Source: Candidatus Latescibacterota bacterium
Lineage (GTDB): Bacteria > Latescibacterota > UBA2968 > GCA-2709665
Assembly (NCBI GenBank): GCA_963667175.2
Contig: CAXXXF010000014.1
Location: 128,001-192,000, forward strand
Reading direction: 5' to 3'
DNA length: 64,000 bases
Part shown: positions 1 to 9,530 of the stretch, piece by piece
How the letters are laid out: each line of letters starts with the position of its first letter
Numbering within the stretch: position 1 is the stretch's first letter
Notes under the pieces: generated by a model
The model's database searches: none
What the model saw: only the letters and a program-made list of their open reading frames with translations
Told to the model about the DNA's origin: nothing
Position numbers and translations under genes: made by a program

Positions 1-52
1 GTATCCTGGATGGTGCAGGAAAGGTCCGGCCCTAGGAACGGCGAATTCACAC

Positions 53-85
53 TTGACAGACGTAATATTACATTGTATTATTACG
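53..85 (+). promoter_or_regulatory. sigma70-type promoter overlapped by palindromic operator-like sites
   Basis: TTGACA (53-58), 17 nt spacer, TATTAT (76-81). Perfect palindrome GTAATATTAC (62-71) and inverted repeat CGTAATA (61-67)/TATTACG (79-85). Confidence 0.7.
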
Positions 86-124
86 AAGTAATGAAATATC
101 GTTAAATTCAGTAAAGGATAGAGC

Positions 125-1822
125 GTGGACCTCACGATTGCGGAATTATCCCGCGCAACTGGCAAGAGTGGAAACTACCTCCGTCAGCATATTCATCGAA
201 AGCATCTGAAGGCGCACAGGAAGGGTCGGAGGGTTTGCGTTTCGGTTGACGAGGCGGTGCGTTGGGCGCGTGAACGGGGGCTTCCCCTTGATCTACCGGC
301 AAACGTTGCGATCACGTCTCAACCCAAACAAGATCGTACCGCCCGAATCACAGTGCTTGCGATCCTGGAGTCCGCCGCAGTGGCGAGAAACCTATTTACG
401 CTCCTGCGCCACAGACGCTCTGACGCGTTGGGTCCCTGGGCTGGCGAGCCTGACGGAACCTGGCATAGCAGCGACCTCGGGCAGGAAATATGGCTATTCA
501 CATTCGATGCTCCGCTGACGCGCTGCCAGGAGTTGGTGGATGAGATCTTCGAATCTGGCACGCTGCAGATCGAGGACACTGCAGTCCATTTCGATCTCGA
601 ACCCCACCCAAGATGCCACTGGGCTTATCGAGATGACCGACCACTGAACGACGCTTCTGTGCGCAGCCCGTTCTCAAGACATAGTGCGGAGGTAATTGAG
701 TACTGGAGCTTTGTGCCGGATGTTCGCTCACGGTGGTTGGAGATGCTTAAGACGCAACGCGGTAAGCTTGAGTCCCGACTTAAATCGATACCGTTCCCCC
801 TCGTCCGCGGTCCGGACCGGATCGGAAACCTGATGATCGCCGGCGCCCTGGACGAGATTACGTGTGACTTGTCAGCAAATCGTGATGGAAGCCTCCGGTT
901 CCACTTCGACGCAGTCAATTTACACGAGAAATATCGCGCTGAGATTTGGGCGAGCCATAGCGGGGATGATGTGCTTCGGAAGGAAACACCCGTCACGCCT
1001 GGCCAAACCACTATAGAAGCCACATCCGATGTCGACGATATTGGCTTTGCGGTTTACCGTTCGACTGACGGTCAGTGCATAGATCTGATGCACGTACGTA
1101 TTGTTCTGGAGGTCCAAATTCAAATGTCGGTCGAGTCCGGTCGGACCCTACGCCATCAGATAAAGCAGGGGCCGGTCTTTTGTGTCACTCTTCCAGGCGA
1201 TCACTCCGCAACAACGGTTGAATCAGACCACGAGAGGAGCGGACTCGACAAACGTATCCGACGCCATTGGCTGGAGCAAAAGGCGTACGAACAAGAAACC
1301 ATTGCACGCCGCGACCGCAATTTCGCCCGGTTTGGTCCTGACGAGTTCGACGAAGCCGTCAGCCATTTCATTGGGTTGCTGCGTCAAAACCACGATAATA
1401 ACGACCCGGTATATTTAGCTGACCCGTACTTTATGAATCCGGCCGCAAAATCGAATTGTACAAAGCTATACTTGGAAATGTTCGCAGCGACAAAGGACCG
1501 GGAACTTAGAATTCTCTGCACAGCCAACGAGTGCCTCATAGCATCGCAGTGGTGGTGGTCGGATTTCCCCGATGAGATAACCTCACACATAAGAGTCCGG
1601 TCGTTCAGAAAACCCAATGACAAAAAAGGCGCATTTCACGATCGTTTTCTCATCACGCCCACGCACGAGACTCTCATCACTCACTCTCTAAACGGCTGGG
1701 CGACAGATGGTGTAACGTTTGCGGGCCTTCCATATGAAATCTATCGCAACGAAGCATTACACTTTTGGTCAATGGAAATAGAATCCACGAACACAGGACT
1801 CTTCGTACGGGAAGTCTGCTGA
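125..1822 (+). CDS. N-terminal excisionase/MerR-like HTH fused to a VPA1262-like protein with C-terminal PLD-like nuclease domain
   Basis: N-terminus LTIAELSRATGKS..YLRQHI..KHLKA.RKGRR..V is HTH_17-like. C-terminus has YLADPYF...FHDRFLI...HSLNG, the HDR variant of the HKD/PLD fold. GTG start with AAGGA RBS. Confidence 0.75.
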   Translation: MDLTIAELSRATGKSGNYLRQHIHRKHLKAHRKGRRVCVSVDEAVRWARERGLPLDLPANVAITSQPKQDRTARITVLAILESAAVARNLFTLLRHRRSDALGPWAGEPDGTWHSSDLGQEIWLFTFDAPLTRCQELVDEIFESGTLQIEDTAVHFDLEPHPRCHWAYRDDRPLNDASVRSPFSRHSAEVIEYWSFVPDVRSRWLEMLKTQRGKLESRLKSIPFPLVRGPDRIGNLMIAGALDEITCDLSANRDGSLRFHFDAVNLHEKYRAEIWASHSGDDVLRKETPVTPGQTTIEATSDVDDIGFAVYRSTDGQCIDLMHVRIVLEVQIQMSVESGRTLRHQIKQGPVFCVTLPGDHSATTVESDHERSGLDKRIRRHWLEQKAYEQETIARRDRNFARFGPDEFDEAVSHFIGLLRQNHDNNDPVYLADPYFMNPAAKSNCTKLYLEMFAATKDRELRILCTANECLIASQWWWSDFPDEITSHIRVRSFRKPNDKKGAFHDRFLITPTHETLITHSLNGWATDGVTFAGLPYEIYRNEALHFWSMEIESTNTGLFVREVC

Positions 1823-3963
1823 TGATTAAGAAGGGCCATACAGAATCCTTGCTGCCTGAAGAAGCTAAGGCCGTAGTTTGGCGGATCTTCGGCGAAGGTG
1901 AATCGCCACTGAAGGGCCGGTCAACTTTCAGCCTGATCAAGCCAATGATCGAGAAACACGTCCCTTTCCACAATCAGAATAGTGCAATTGCTGAGATCCG
2001 AGGCTGGTTTGAGTCCTACGGCGACCGCCACTGGCTCAAGTCTGAAATGGGCGAGCAGGTTGCAGTCTTGATCCTGGAGGGAATGAAAAGCGAGCGTTCC
2101 GAGAGCGCTGTCTGGGCGGTCGGCTCTATCGAACCCGATCTGGCCGCACGCATAATACGTGCCGGATGGCGCCCGCAGGAATTCGACTCGTTCGTCGATG
2201 CCACATTCAAGGCATTAAAGAAGCTATGCGATCGAAACAAGGTTCTCGACGCGGCACGCTTTCCACGCTTATCGAATCAGAATTCCAACGACGGGAGGGT
2301 CCCAACCAACGCGGTAGTGCGCCCGGGATGGCTCGCAATCTTCCAGCACCTCGACAGCCATGGTTTTGAACTCGTATACGAGGGTTTACAGCGCACCGCC
2401 GGCAATTTAATCGACCTTATATTCGACATGATGCCAGAGGAATTCGAATCCCTGCTTGGGAGGCTTGGGCACCCTGTAATGCAGGCCCGAGCGGCCAACC
2501 GCGTAATCGGAAGAACTCGAGTAAAGCAAAACCGGAAGACGCTGCAGTGGATCAAAGACGATTCCAGCGACATCCTGGTCGCACTGGCAATTGTCCATAC
2601 GTTAAACGCCGTGAACAGGCTGGATGAAGATCTCAGATACGCCGAACGCAGTAACGCAGAACACTACAATTGGAGTACCGAACTTCGCCCGCCAAGGGAC
2701 GATCTCGATTCAGCTGGAGTCGGCCTGATTACAGGTATTACTGATCGCCTGGCGGATTTCGAACCACTTCGGTGCACGCGGTGGATCGGAGAATTGCTTG
2801 GTACCGCGCCCAACATAATCCATCGAGGGGAAAATAACGAAGTCCCGAAGCGTATTAAGCAGCTTGAAGAGGCGTGTACTAAGTTGCTCGGACGCCTGTT
2901 CCGTGAATCCTGGTCTGAGGAACTGAAAGACGAACTTTGCAACGGTTTGCAGCTGGCAGGTCGAGGGACTTGGTCCCGGCATCTGGCAAGTATTGCCTGG
3001 GAGATCCGAGACGTTAAGCCTGAACGCGCAGCCGAAGTCGCAATAGCGGCTCTTCACGAAGGCGAACGACAGATCGCCGAGCAGATGAAGGAGAATCGAA
3101 TATTCCTGTACTGGAATGACTGGGAATACAGAGCGTGGATCCAAGGTCTTGGCGCTGCGCTATCGCTGTCCAGCGATGAGCTTCACCTGCCGACGTGGCT
3201 TTCGGCACGGTGTCGAGCATTGCCCTTGAGCGTTTGGGACGCAGAGGAGAATCACGAGGTCTTTCATTGCGCCGAGCGGGCTGCTCAGACCTGGTTCCTC
3301 GTTGCGTTCTCTGCGATTCCGTACCTTAATGAACTCGGCCGCTGCGTAGATCCAAATGAAGTCCGGGAACTCGCGGAAATGTGCTGGAACCACTGCGATT
3401 TCGCCAGTCTGTACGTCCGCAGCCAACCGGAAACGTCATTCGTATCAGAGTACGTCGTCCGTCTCGCCGTCGAATATGGCCATCCAAGCGATACCTGGCT
3501 CCTGAATCAGGCACGAAATCGAGGGGTCGGACCTCGCGCCTTGTGGGCCCTGATTCACCAACGAGACCAAAAGATCGCCCGGGACGGCGGAACAGCCGCC
3601 CATTATGGCCAGACGATTACAATTGAGCTTCTTCGAATCGCCGCAGATCGATTTCGCAGTGAAGGGACTTTTGACCTTGAAGAACTACGATTTTGGGGCC
3701 AATTGTGGCTTTTGCTTGGAGCCATCGATGAGTCAGAGCAGACAGCGATAGAGATCAGTTCGTTTCCCGAAAACCTTCTCGACCGTACCGACAATCTGCT
3801 GGTATTGAAGCTGCTCGCCACGGTGGCCAATCAAAGGAGGCTGTTACCCAGATTACGAGACGATGCCACGACGCTCTACCGGCAACTCTGGCCCGGTACG
3901 TACACACCTGCCGAGGAACGTGAGGACCGTACGGAGATTGACGAGCGATTCAATCGAAAGTAA
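1822..3963 (+). CDS. hypothetical 713-aa alpha-helical protein, translationally coupled to the upstream gene
   Basis: Long ORF. In-frame ATG at 1822 overlaps the upstream stop (TGATG). Leu/Ala/Trp-rich helical composition, no catalytic motif recognised. Confidence 0.75.
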   Translation: MIKKGHTESLLPEEAKAVVWRIFGEGESPLKGRSTFSLIKPMIEKHVPFHNQNSAIAEIRGWFESYGDRHWLKSEMGEQVAVLILEGMKSERSESAVWAVGSIEPDLAARIIRAGWRPQEFDSFVDATFKALKKLCDRNKVLDAARFPRLSNQNSNDGRVPTNAVVRPGWLAIFQHLDSHGFELVYEGLQRTAGNLIDLIFDMMPEEFESLLGRLGHPVMQARAANRVIGRTRVKQNRKTLQWIKDDSSDILVALAIVHTLNAVNRLDEDLRYAERSNAEHYNWSTELRPPRDDLDSAGVGLITGITDRLADFEPLRCTRWIGELLGTAPNIIHRGENNEVPKRIKQLEEACTKLLGRLFRESWSEELKDELCNGLQLAGRGTWSRHLASIAWEIRDVKPERAAEVAIAALHEGERQIAEQMKENRIFLYWNDWEYRAWIQGLGAALSLSSDELHLPTWLSARCRALPLSVWDAEENHEVFHCAERAAQTWFLVAFSAIPYLNELGRCVDPNEVRELAEMCWNHCDFASLYVRSQPETSFVSEYVVRLAVEYGHPSDTWLLNQARNRGVGPRALWALIHQRDQKIARDGGTAAHYGQTITIELLRIAADRFRSEGTFDLEELRFWGQLWLLLGAIDESEQTAIEISSFPENLLDRTDNLLVLKLLATVANQRRLLPRLRDDATTLYRQLWPGTYTPAEEREDRTEIDERFNRK

Positions 3964-4137
3964 GCGGCCATTTGAGTTTTGTTTGACTATCGCGAAGAAG
4001 AGCCAACGGAAGCTGGAGGGGGGAAAGGAATTGTGCCTATATTGATTGGAAGAGAACAGGCTAAGCGCGGCTTCGCTGTACTCGGCCGCAACCAAATAGA
4101 TCGAAGTGAACGACTGAGCCCGTTTGACGTCGCAATC

Positions 4138-4198
4138 ACTCCCCCCTTGAGGGGGAGTCGCAGAAGCCGAGCCGTCAGGCGACTGATGCGGTGGGAGG
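4138..4198. repeat. REP-like palindromic element
   Basis: Hairpin ACTCCCCC-CTTGA-GGGGGAGT (4138-4158) followed by a GC-rich tail, intergenic. Confidence 0.5.
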
Positions 4199-4275
4199 AT
4201 TACAACGCGTGAACGTGGGCAATCTGCACGAATAAACATGCACGCACTTTGCGTTGAAGTCTTACTGTAAGACTC

Positions 4276-4495
4276 TAACCTCAATTCGAAAAAAGACAAG
4301 CGAAAAATCAGCCACAAAAAGCACAAAAGACACGAAGGGCATGGCTGCGAAACGGCGTGTAGAGGTCGTCCGAAGGCAGGTTTTCTCCGTTCACGTCCAG
4401 TGACCTGAAGGTTCCTGAAATTCTGACGTCAAATCGCCTTGATTCACCTGCGTTTATTCGAATTCACGTTCCCGAAGAACTTCGAATCAAGGCTA
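4276..4495. mobile_element. MITE-like element, family A, copy 1
   Basis: Imperfect terminal inverted repeats TAACCTCAATTCGAA / TTCGAATCAAGGCTA. Left half is similar to 21848 and 44673 (CACAAAAAGCACAAAAG motif). Confidence 0.65.
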
Positions 4496-4690
4496 ACCTT
4501 AATTCGTCGATAATATCCGGTCAAAAGTATAGCTAAGCCAAGTGAAAACAGCAATTTCTTCCGTTGAATTGCGGCGTTCTTCCGTCCACATCCAGTGAGC
4601 TGAAGAATTACCAACTCGTGACATCAAATCGCCTGTGTTCTTACGGATATATCTCAGCGGGAACGGCATGAATATTTCGCATTAAGGCTA
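4494..4690. mobile_element. MITE-like element, family A, tandem copy 2
   Basis: Ends TAACCTTAATTCG / CGCATTAAGGCTA. Shares the TA at 4494-4495 with copy 1. Internal block TCCGTyCACrTCCAGTGAsCTGAAG...TGACrTCAAATCGCCT is shared with copy 1. Confidence 0.6.
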
Positions 4691-4730
4691 ATCACGTAAT
4701 AGCACCAAAACCGTCGACATCAACTACAAC

Positions 4731-5651
4731 ATGCCAATCATCTTTGTACCAGGAAAACAGACACTACAATTCTACACGGGAACCGTTGCGTATCAGATTC
4801 CCGGGATTTATCGTAGTGATGCTGGTGGACATCCGATAGAGCATATAGTCTACCAAGATTCGAACGGATACAGGGCAACGATTGTAAGCGGCCTCGTCGC
4901 GTATCTCAGGAAAACCAACTGGTCGGCGAATTATGATATAGATCAGCGGTTCGTGAGAACAGTCGACAAACGAAAAGTTGAAAACAACACATTATTTCTT
5001 GTAGAAGAGCATAAAGAAGAGTTACGCGGATTTCAATTGGAAGGGTGTTTCCAATACCCAAACGACGAAAAGGACACCATACGATTTCATAGGTCGGCAT
5101 CCAATCTCGGTGCTCCAATCGTAAAGACGAAGACGCCAATCCGAAATGCAGTCAAAGTGGCAACTCGCATTGCATTCGGCATGTGGGACATGGACTTCAT
5201 CGAGTTTGTCAGTTCAAGGTGCTATTCTACAGATGGCAAATATCTCGTATACGAGGAGAGTCAAATCGAATCTGAAACCGCTGCGTATCGAGCCTATCCG
5301 CGCAGGGCATATCAGGTGGTAAATTTGGAGTCTGATGGTATTATGACGCACGCCGCGCGTACGGAATCACTATTGTCAAACATAACGGGCAAAAATCTGG
5401 AAGGGTTGTTATCTGCGTTGCAGATTGTTTCTTCCAACGACACCTATCGGAATTGTATGCAATTTGTGTGGCTTTACGAGCAATTGAAGAAATGTATGAT
5501 TCAACTGAATGAACAAAACGTCATTGACAAGTGGGTAAAGGACCATCGAAATGAAATAGCCCACGCAGACGTGAATTACGTAGACCCTGAGATATTTCGT
5601 GAGTTACAACATTTGGCACTTAAAATCGTCATGCGGGAGAAAAAGACCTAA
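4731..5651 (+). CDS. hypothetical protein with C-terminal HEPN-like RX4H motif
   Basis: 306-aa AT-rich ORF. RNEIAH (5547-5564) lies in a helical C-terminal domain preceded by F..LYEQL, the usual HEPN arrangement. Confidence 0.6.
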   Translation: MPIIFVPGKQTLQFYTGTVAYQIPGIYRSDAGGHPIEHIVYQDSNGYRATIVSGLVAYLRKTNWSANYDIDQRFVRTVDKRKVENNTLFLVEEHKEELRGFQLEGCFQYPNDEKDTIRFHRSASNLGAPIVKTKTPIRNAVKVATRIAFGMWDMDFIEFVSSRCYSTDGKYLVYEESQIESETAAYRAYPRRAYQVVNLESDGIMTHAARTESLLSNITGKNLEGLLSALQIVSSNDTYRNCMQFVWLYEQLKKCMIQLNEQNVIDKWVKDHRNEIAHADVNYVDPEIFRELQHLALKIVMREKKT

Positions 5652-5783
5652 ACACGTGAGTACGATTGGGTTATTCTGAATTCGGCACAGTTGTAGATGA
5701 GAGATCAATGCACATGCCCGCGATGGTCGAACAACAACCTTGTCGATATTCCTGAACCGGATCGATTAACAATAAAATCTGAG

Positions 5784-6407
5784 CTATACGTCGCTCGGCT
5801 CTAATGGATCAACAGGTTTGTACTCGTCCTCGCCAAGGCTGGGAAGTTCCACGCCCTTGACGATCTTCTCACCAGCATTCATAACTGCCCTAAAGTTTTC
5901 CTTGATAATCTCCGTTCCCTCTGTACTGTCCCTATTTCCACCAGCAAACTGCCGAAGCGCAAAAGCTGCCTGGAATGCTTTCAAAAATGCTTGTCTCGCA
6001 TCAGCATCCAGGTACAGGCAGTTTCCTTGCCACCATTCCTGACACTCTAAAGCGACGCTACCTACCTCATCTTTGTTCAATACCGACCGGAGTTTCCGCC
6101 AATGCGTGTATGCTTGTTGATGAGTTTCGAGACGACGATCAAGCGCGGCAATGCTGAGTTGGTGTTTTCGCTTCGCCTGCTCGACGAGAAGGCGGTTCTG
6201 CTGAACAATCTCTTCCATCCGCTCAGAGTATACAGAGCGAACCTTTTCAATTTTGTCGGTGATCTTTGCTATATCTTGTTTAGTTGCAAGGTTTTCACCT
6301 TTCTTCCGTGCGTAGGGCGTCACGTAATTCCTTAAGATGAACAGTACTAAAATTACGAAGATACCGACAAGCTGAAGAACATCAAAATACACCGACCAGT
6401 CGCTCAT
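5784..6407 (-). CDS. membrane-anchored hypothetical protein (N-terminal TM, KGENLATKQDI coiled-coil)
   Basis: ATG at 6407 with GAGGGG RBS. Hydrophobic N-terminal helix followed by KKGENLATKQDIAKITDKIEKV, a motif typical of an accessory-genome family. Confidence 0.7.
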   Translation of the reverse strand: MSDWSVYFDVLQLVGIFVILVLFILRNYVTPYARKKGENLATKQDIAKITDKIEKVRSVYSERMEEIVQQNRLLVEQAKRKHQLSIAALDRRLETHQQAYTHWRKLRSVLNKDEVGSVALECQEWWQGNCLYLDADARQAFLKAFQAAFALRQFAGGNRDSTEGTEIIKENFRAVMNAGEKIVKGVELPSLGEDEYKPVDPLEPSDV

Positions 6408-6689
6408 GGCAAATCCCCTCGTGTTTTGCGATCTGCTTTCAGATCTGAAGCAACTTTGCACAATTGATTTTCAGGTCGCCATTGTAGGAAAGAGCGAACT
6501 CACCCGCGATTTACCAACCTCAGGACAGGTATTAAGGTTCCGAAGCCCACAGATTGAACCTTCAGGGCGATAGCAGATAGGTACGTTTAATCGCCATCTT
6601 CGCATAGCCCGGTTCGTGATATACCTCACGCATCCTCAAAGCCAATACAGAATCGCGTTGGATCCAAGTCGGCATGTGTGTTGGCGCGA

Positions 6690-9530
6690 TCAGGTCCACG
6701 TGTCAATCCTCGTCTTCTTGCCTCCATGGACGCTTGGTTCGGCGCACCATTGGTTTCGCAAAATGGTGAGCGGTTCGAGAGCTTCTTCGGGTAGGTGCAA
6801 CAGATCCCGCAGGACGGCGCGGTCGAGGTCCTGTCGCACGTCGTCGCAATACGCCTCATTGGCCGGCAGGAATTCCTTTTCCTTGAACTGCTCAAAGATA
6901 GCCTCAGCCTGAGACAACTGCTCTTTGTTTAGAGAGCGAGGATCCAGGACCGTCAATCGCGGCAACTGAGTAATCGTCAGTCGTGCGCGGCCCTGCTGCT
7001 GTCGAGTTCCGATCCACCAGAAGCAGAGGAGTCCGAGCGTCGTGTTCGACCACAGAACCAGTGGAACGGCCCATTCCTCTCGCTCCAATATGAAGTTGGG
7101 CCATGCTGTGCCGCCGATCGCTTTGGAGGGCGTGAGGCATGCCGTGAGGCTTTGCGAGTTGATTCTGAAATCGAGATTGAAGTGTAGTTGCGAAGCCGTC
7201 CGATTCCAGACAGATACTGCTTGTTCTTCGCGGCCCTGGCGCACTTCGCCTTCGCTATCGGGAGGAACAACGAGGCTTCGTTCGCGGTTGGCATCATGGC
7301 CCCACAACGCCGGATATTCTGGTATTCCCTGGACAGGGACGATTTCAAACGGTCCACGTGGAACTCCGTCACTGCCCTTTCCTGAGATGTCGAGGTGGTA
7401 TAACCCTTCCTCGCCAAGTGAGCCGAGCCGACTCGTGAAGACCGGCGCGGAGAAACCTTGGGGCAGCCGGAGGGTTTTTTCCAACAATCCAAGAGCGGTG
7501 TTGGCGAGCGCGGTTTCGCGAAGGGATGCGCAACCGCCGTGTTTCAATGGTGCGACGATATAGGTACCGATGGTCTCTTGGTCGCCCACGCAGATGCGAC
7601 CTTGCCGAACGTGCTGAGAGACGCGACGTATTGCCCGTGCTATCTCAATGGCTTCCGCAATGCTGCGCGGTCGATGATAGAGATTCACGAAGAGTGTATT
7701 CTCTAATCCTTCTTGTCCTTCGTGGCATTTGGTGGCCACGACGAGGGCCTCGGCCATACCCGTATCAGCCGAAAAGGCCCGGTCCTTATTGCCGTAAGCA
7801 GAGATGGTAAGCACAACTACGGTCCTGTACTCGAGTTCTAGCAATCGACGTGTCCCCTGCCACGAGCTACCGATCACACACGCCGCAGGGAGCACCAGCG
7901 CAAGGACGCCACCCGGCCTCGCCTTTGTGTGCGCGAGATCTACAAAGTTCGAAGCCAACCCTGCATTGCCATGGCCTGCCAGGTGTCCGCTCTTCTTTAG
8001 CTTGGCGCAAATTCTCTTTAATCGCGTGCTCATTTGCCGCTGTTCCTCTTCGCTCGTATCCAATCCGGCAAATGACGGCACCGGCACCGATCCTTCGATA
8101 TTCTCGTGGTTGGTTGGTCGTGTAAACGGAGGATTCATAATCACCAGATCCGCTGTTTCTCGAGGGAGGTTCATGTCTTGACTCAACTCCGTTGCCACAT
8201 CCCCCTTTTTGCCGTGTGCCACCGTGGCGCCTGTCCCAAACAGTGACGGCGCAGTGTCATCCTCAATCAGATCAAGCGCCCCCAGCGCCATCCTATGGCG
8301 CTTTTCCTGACTCTGCTCTCCGTAAGGCAACGCGTGGACGCGTGTCTCGCCAAAGGTCGTGCCGGGATGCGCGCTGGACAGCATGGATGCGGTAAGGTGC
8401 GACGCAGCTGGCATAATGTCCGCCGCGATGAGGGCATTCTCCATCATGTCTCGATGCAGCGCCTGATCGGCGACCTGGAGACGAGTGAGCGCGTCAGCAT
8501 TGGACCAATCTGTTTCCGAGTCCAATCGGGATACCGCCAACTCCGCGAGCAGAGCGGCAGAAGTGGGAAGCGTGTAGAACGTGGCGAGAAACTTTCGGTC
8601 GGCGATCAGCGTTTGGAACATCCGACCGGAAAGGTCGTGCAGGGTTGTCGCACCGAGACCCGCCAGATCGCTGGCTGCCTGAGCGAGGCGATTCAACACC
8701 GCGTTGGCCGTACCATTGGGAATCGGCAGAAGCAAGTCTGAGGCGATGCGGAATATCGGATAGTAATTGATGTGATCGAGGATATGTTGCCAGCAGGCGA
8801 GCAAACGACTCTTGCTGACGTCGTTTCTCCCCGGAATTCGCAGTTGGTCGATTGTGGCAATCTCGTGGGCCTCCACAATCGCTGTGTGAAAGACAAGCGC
8901 GTTCGCGACGATTGCCATCGCCATGCGCGAGGTTTGTTCTCCATCCTCCTGATGAAGGGAATCCGCCATCTGCGCCAGCGCATTCGCGCCCGCGGACTCC
9001 CGCAACTTGTGGGCGGCTTCGCCAATGCTCTGCTCCAGAATGCGGGTTCCCTTAGCCAGTAGCCGTTCGGACAGCGAAACGTTCTCGATGAACGTGGCGA
9101 GGTCGTCGATACTTCCGGAGAGCCATCCCGCGATCGGCCAACGCAACGGCCTGTCCTTCTCTTGTAGAGAATACGTGCAATAACGGTACTCAGCGGTCTC
9201 GATCCGGTCCTTGAGGTCCGCCTGAGGCGCCTGGCTCAGGTCTTTTGGTATCTGGACGGCAATGGTCTGCTCAATCGGGTCTCCTGCGTACTTAAAACGG
9301 AATCCCAAGCGTTTCCTGGCGTCTTCTTCTACGGTACGGGCCGGTTCAAATTCGGTTTCGAGGACGACCGGGACGCCTCCCGGCGGTCGAATTACCACGT
9401 CCGGCTGGAGGCCAGGTTCCCGGAGTACGTTCGTTTGTTCCGCACTTGTGCGGTCGCGCCAGCGCGGATGTTTCGAGCGCAGTGCATTGGAGAGTTCGAA
9501 ATTGAAGGCGATTTCGCTTGTTTGGGGCAT
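6690..9530 (-). CDS. Type IIG/IIC-like restriction-modification fusion (endonuclease-like N-terminus + amino-methyltransferase + TRD); motif I apparently deleted
   Basis: N-terminal PDVVI..VVLETE, motif X FYTLP, catalytic motif IV MNPPF, GGVLALVLP, and AFSADT. No DxxCGxG motif found. Confidence 0.8.
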   Translation of the reverse strand: MPQTSEIAFNFELSNALRSKHPRWRDRTSAEQTNVLREPGLQPDVVIRPPGGVPVVLETEFEPARTVEEDARKRLGFRFKYAGDPIEQTIAVQIPKDLSQAPQADLKDRIETAEYRYCTYSLQEKDRPLRWPIAGWLSGSIDDLATFIENVSLSERLLAKGTRILEQSIGEAAHKLRESAGANALAQMADSLHQEDGEQTSRMAMAIVANALVFHTAIVEAHEIATIDQLRIPGRNDVSKSRLLACWQHILDHINYYPIFRIASDLLLPIPNGTANAVLNRLAQAASDLAGLGATTLHDLSGRMFQTLIADRKFLATFYTLPTSAALLAELAVSRLDSETDWSNADALTRLQVADQALHRDMMENALIAADIMPAASHLTASMLSSAHPGTTFGETRVHALPYGEQSQEKRHRMALGALDLIEDDTAPSLFGTGATVAHGKKGDVATELSQDMNLPRETADLVIMNPPFTRPTNHENIEGSVPVPSFAGLDTSEEEQRQMSTRLKRICAKLKKSGHLAGHGNAGLASNFVDLAHTKARPGGVLALVLPAACVIGSSWQGTRRLLELEYRTVVVLTISAYGNKDRAFSADTGMAEALVVATKCHEGQEGLENTLFVNLYHRPRSIAEAIEIARAIRRVSQHVRQGRICVGDQETIGTYIVAPLKHGGCASLRETALANTALGLLEKTLRLPQGFSAPVFTSRLGSLGEEGLYHLDISGKGSDGVPRGPFEIVPVQGIPEYPALWGHDANRERSLVVPPDSEGEVRQGREEQAVSVWNRTASQLHFNLDFRINSQSLTACLTPSKAIGGTAWPNFILEREEWAVPLVLWSNTTLGLLCFWWIGTRQQQGRARLTITQLPRLTVLDPRSLNKEQLSQAEAIFEQFKEKEFLPANEAYCDDVRQDLDRAVLRDLLHLPEEALEPLTILRNQWCAEPSVHGGKKTRIDTWT

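Noticed and set aside
3979-4212. 77-aa ORF after the two-gene operon
   Set aside because: No RBS, runs through a REP-like hairpin, and has no motif.
4276-4690. Possible CRISPR array or attC cassette array
   Set aside because: Only two long degenerate units, with no regular repeat-spacer period and no cas or integron integrase nearby.
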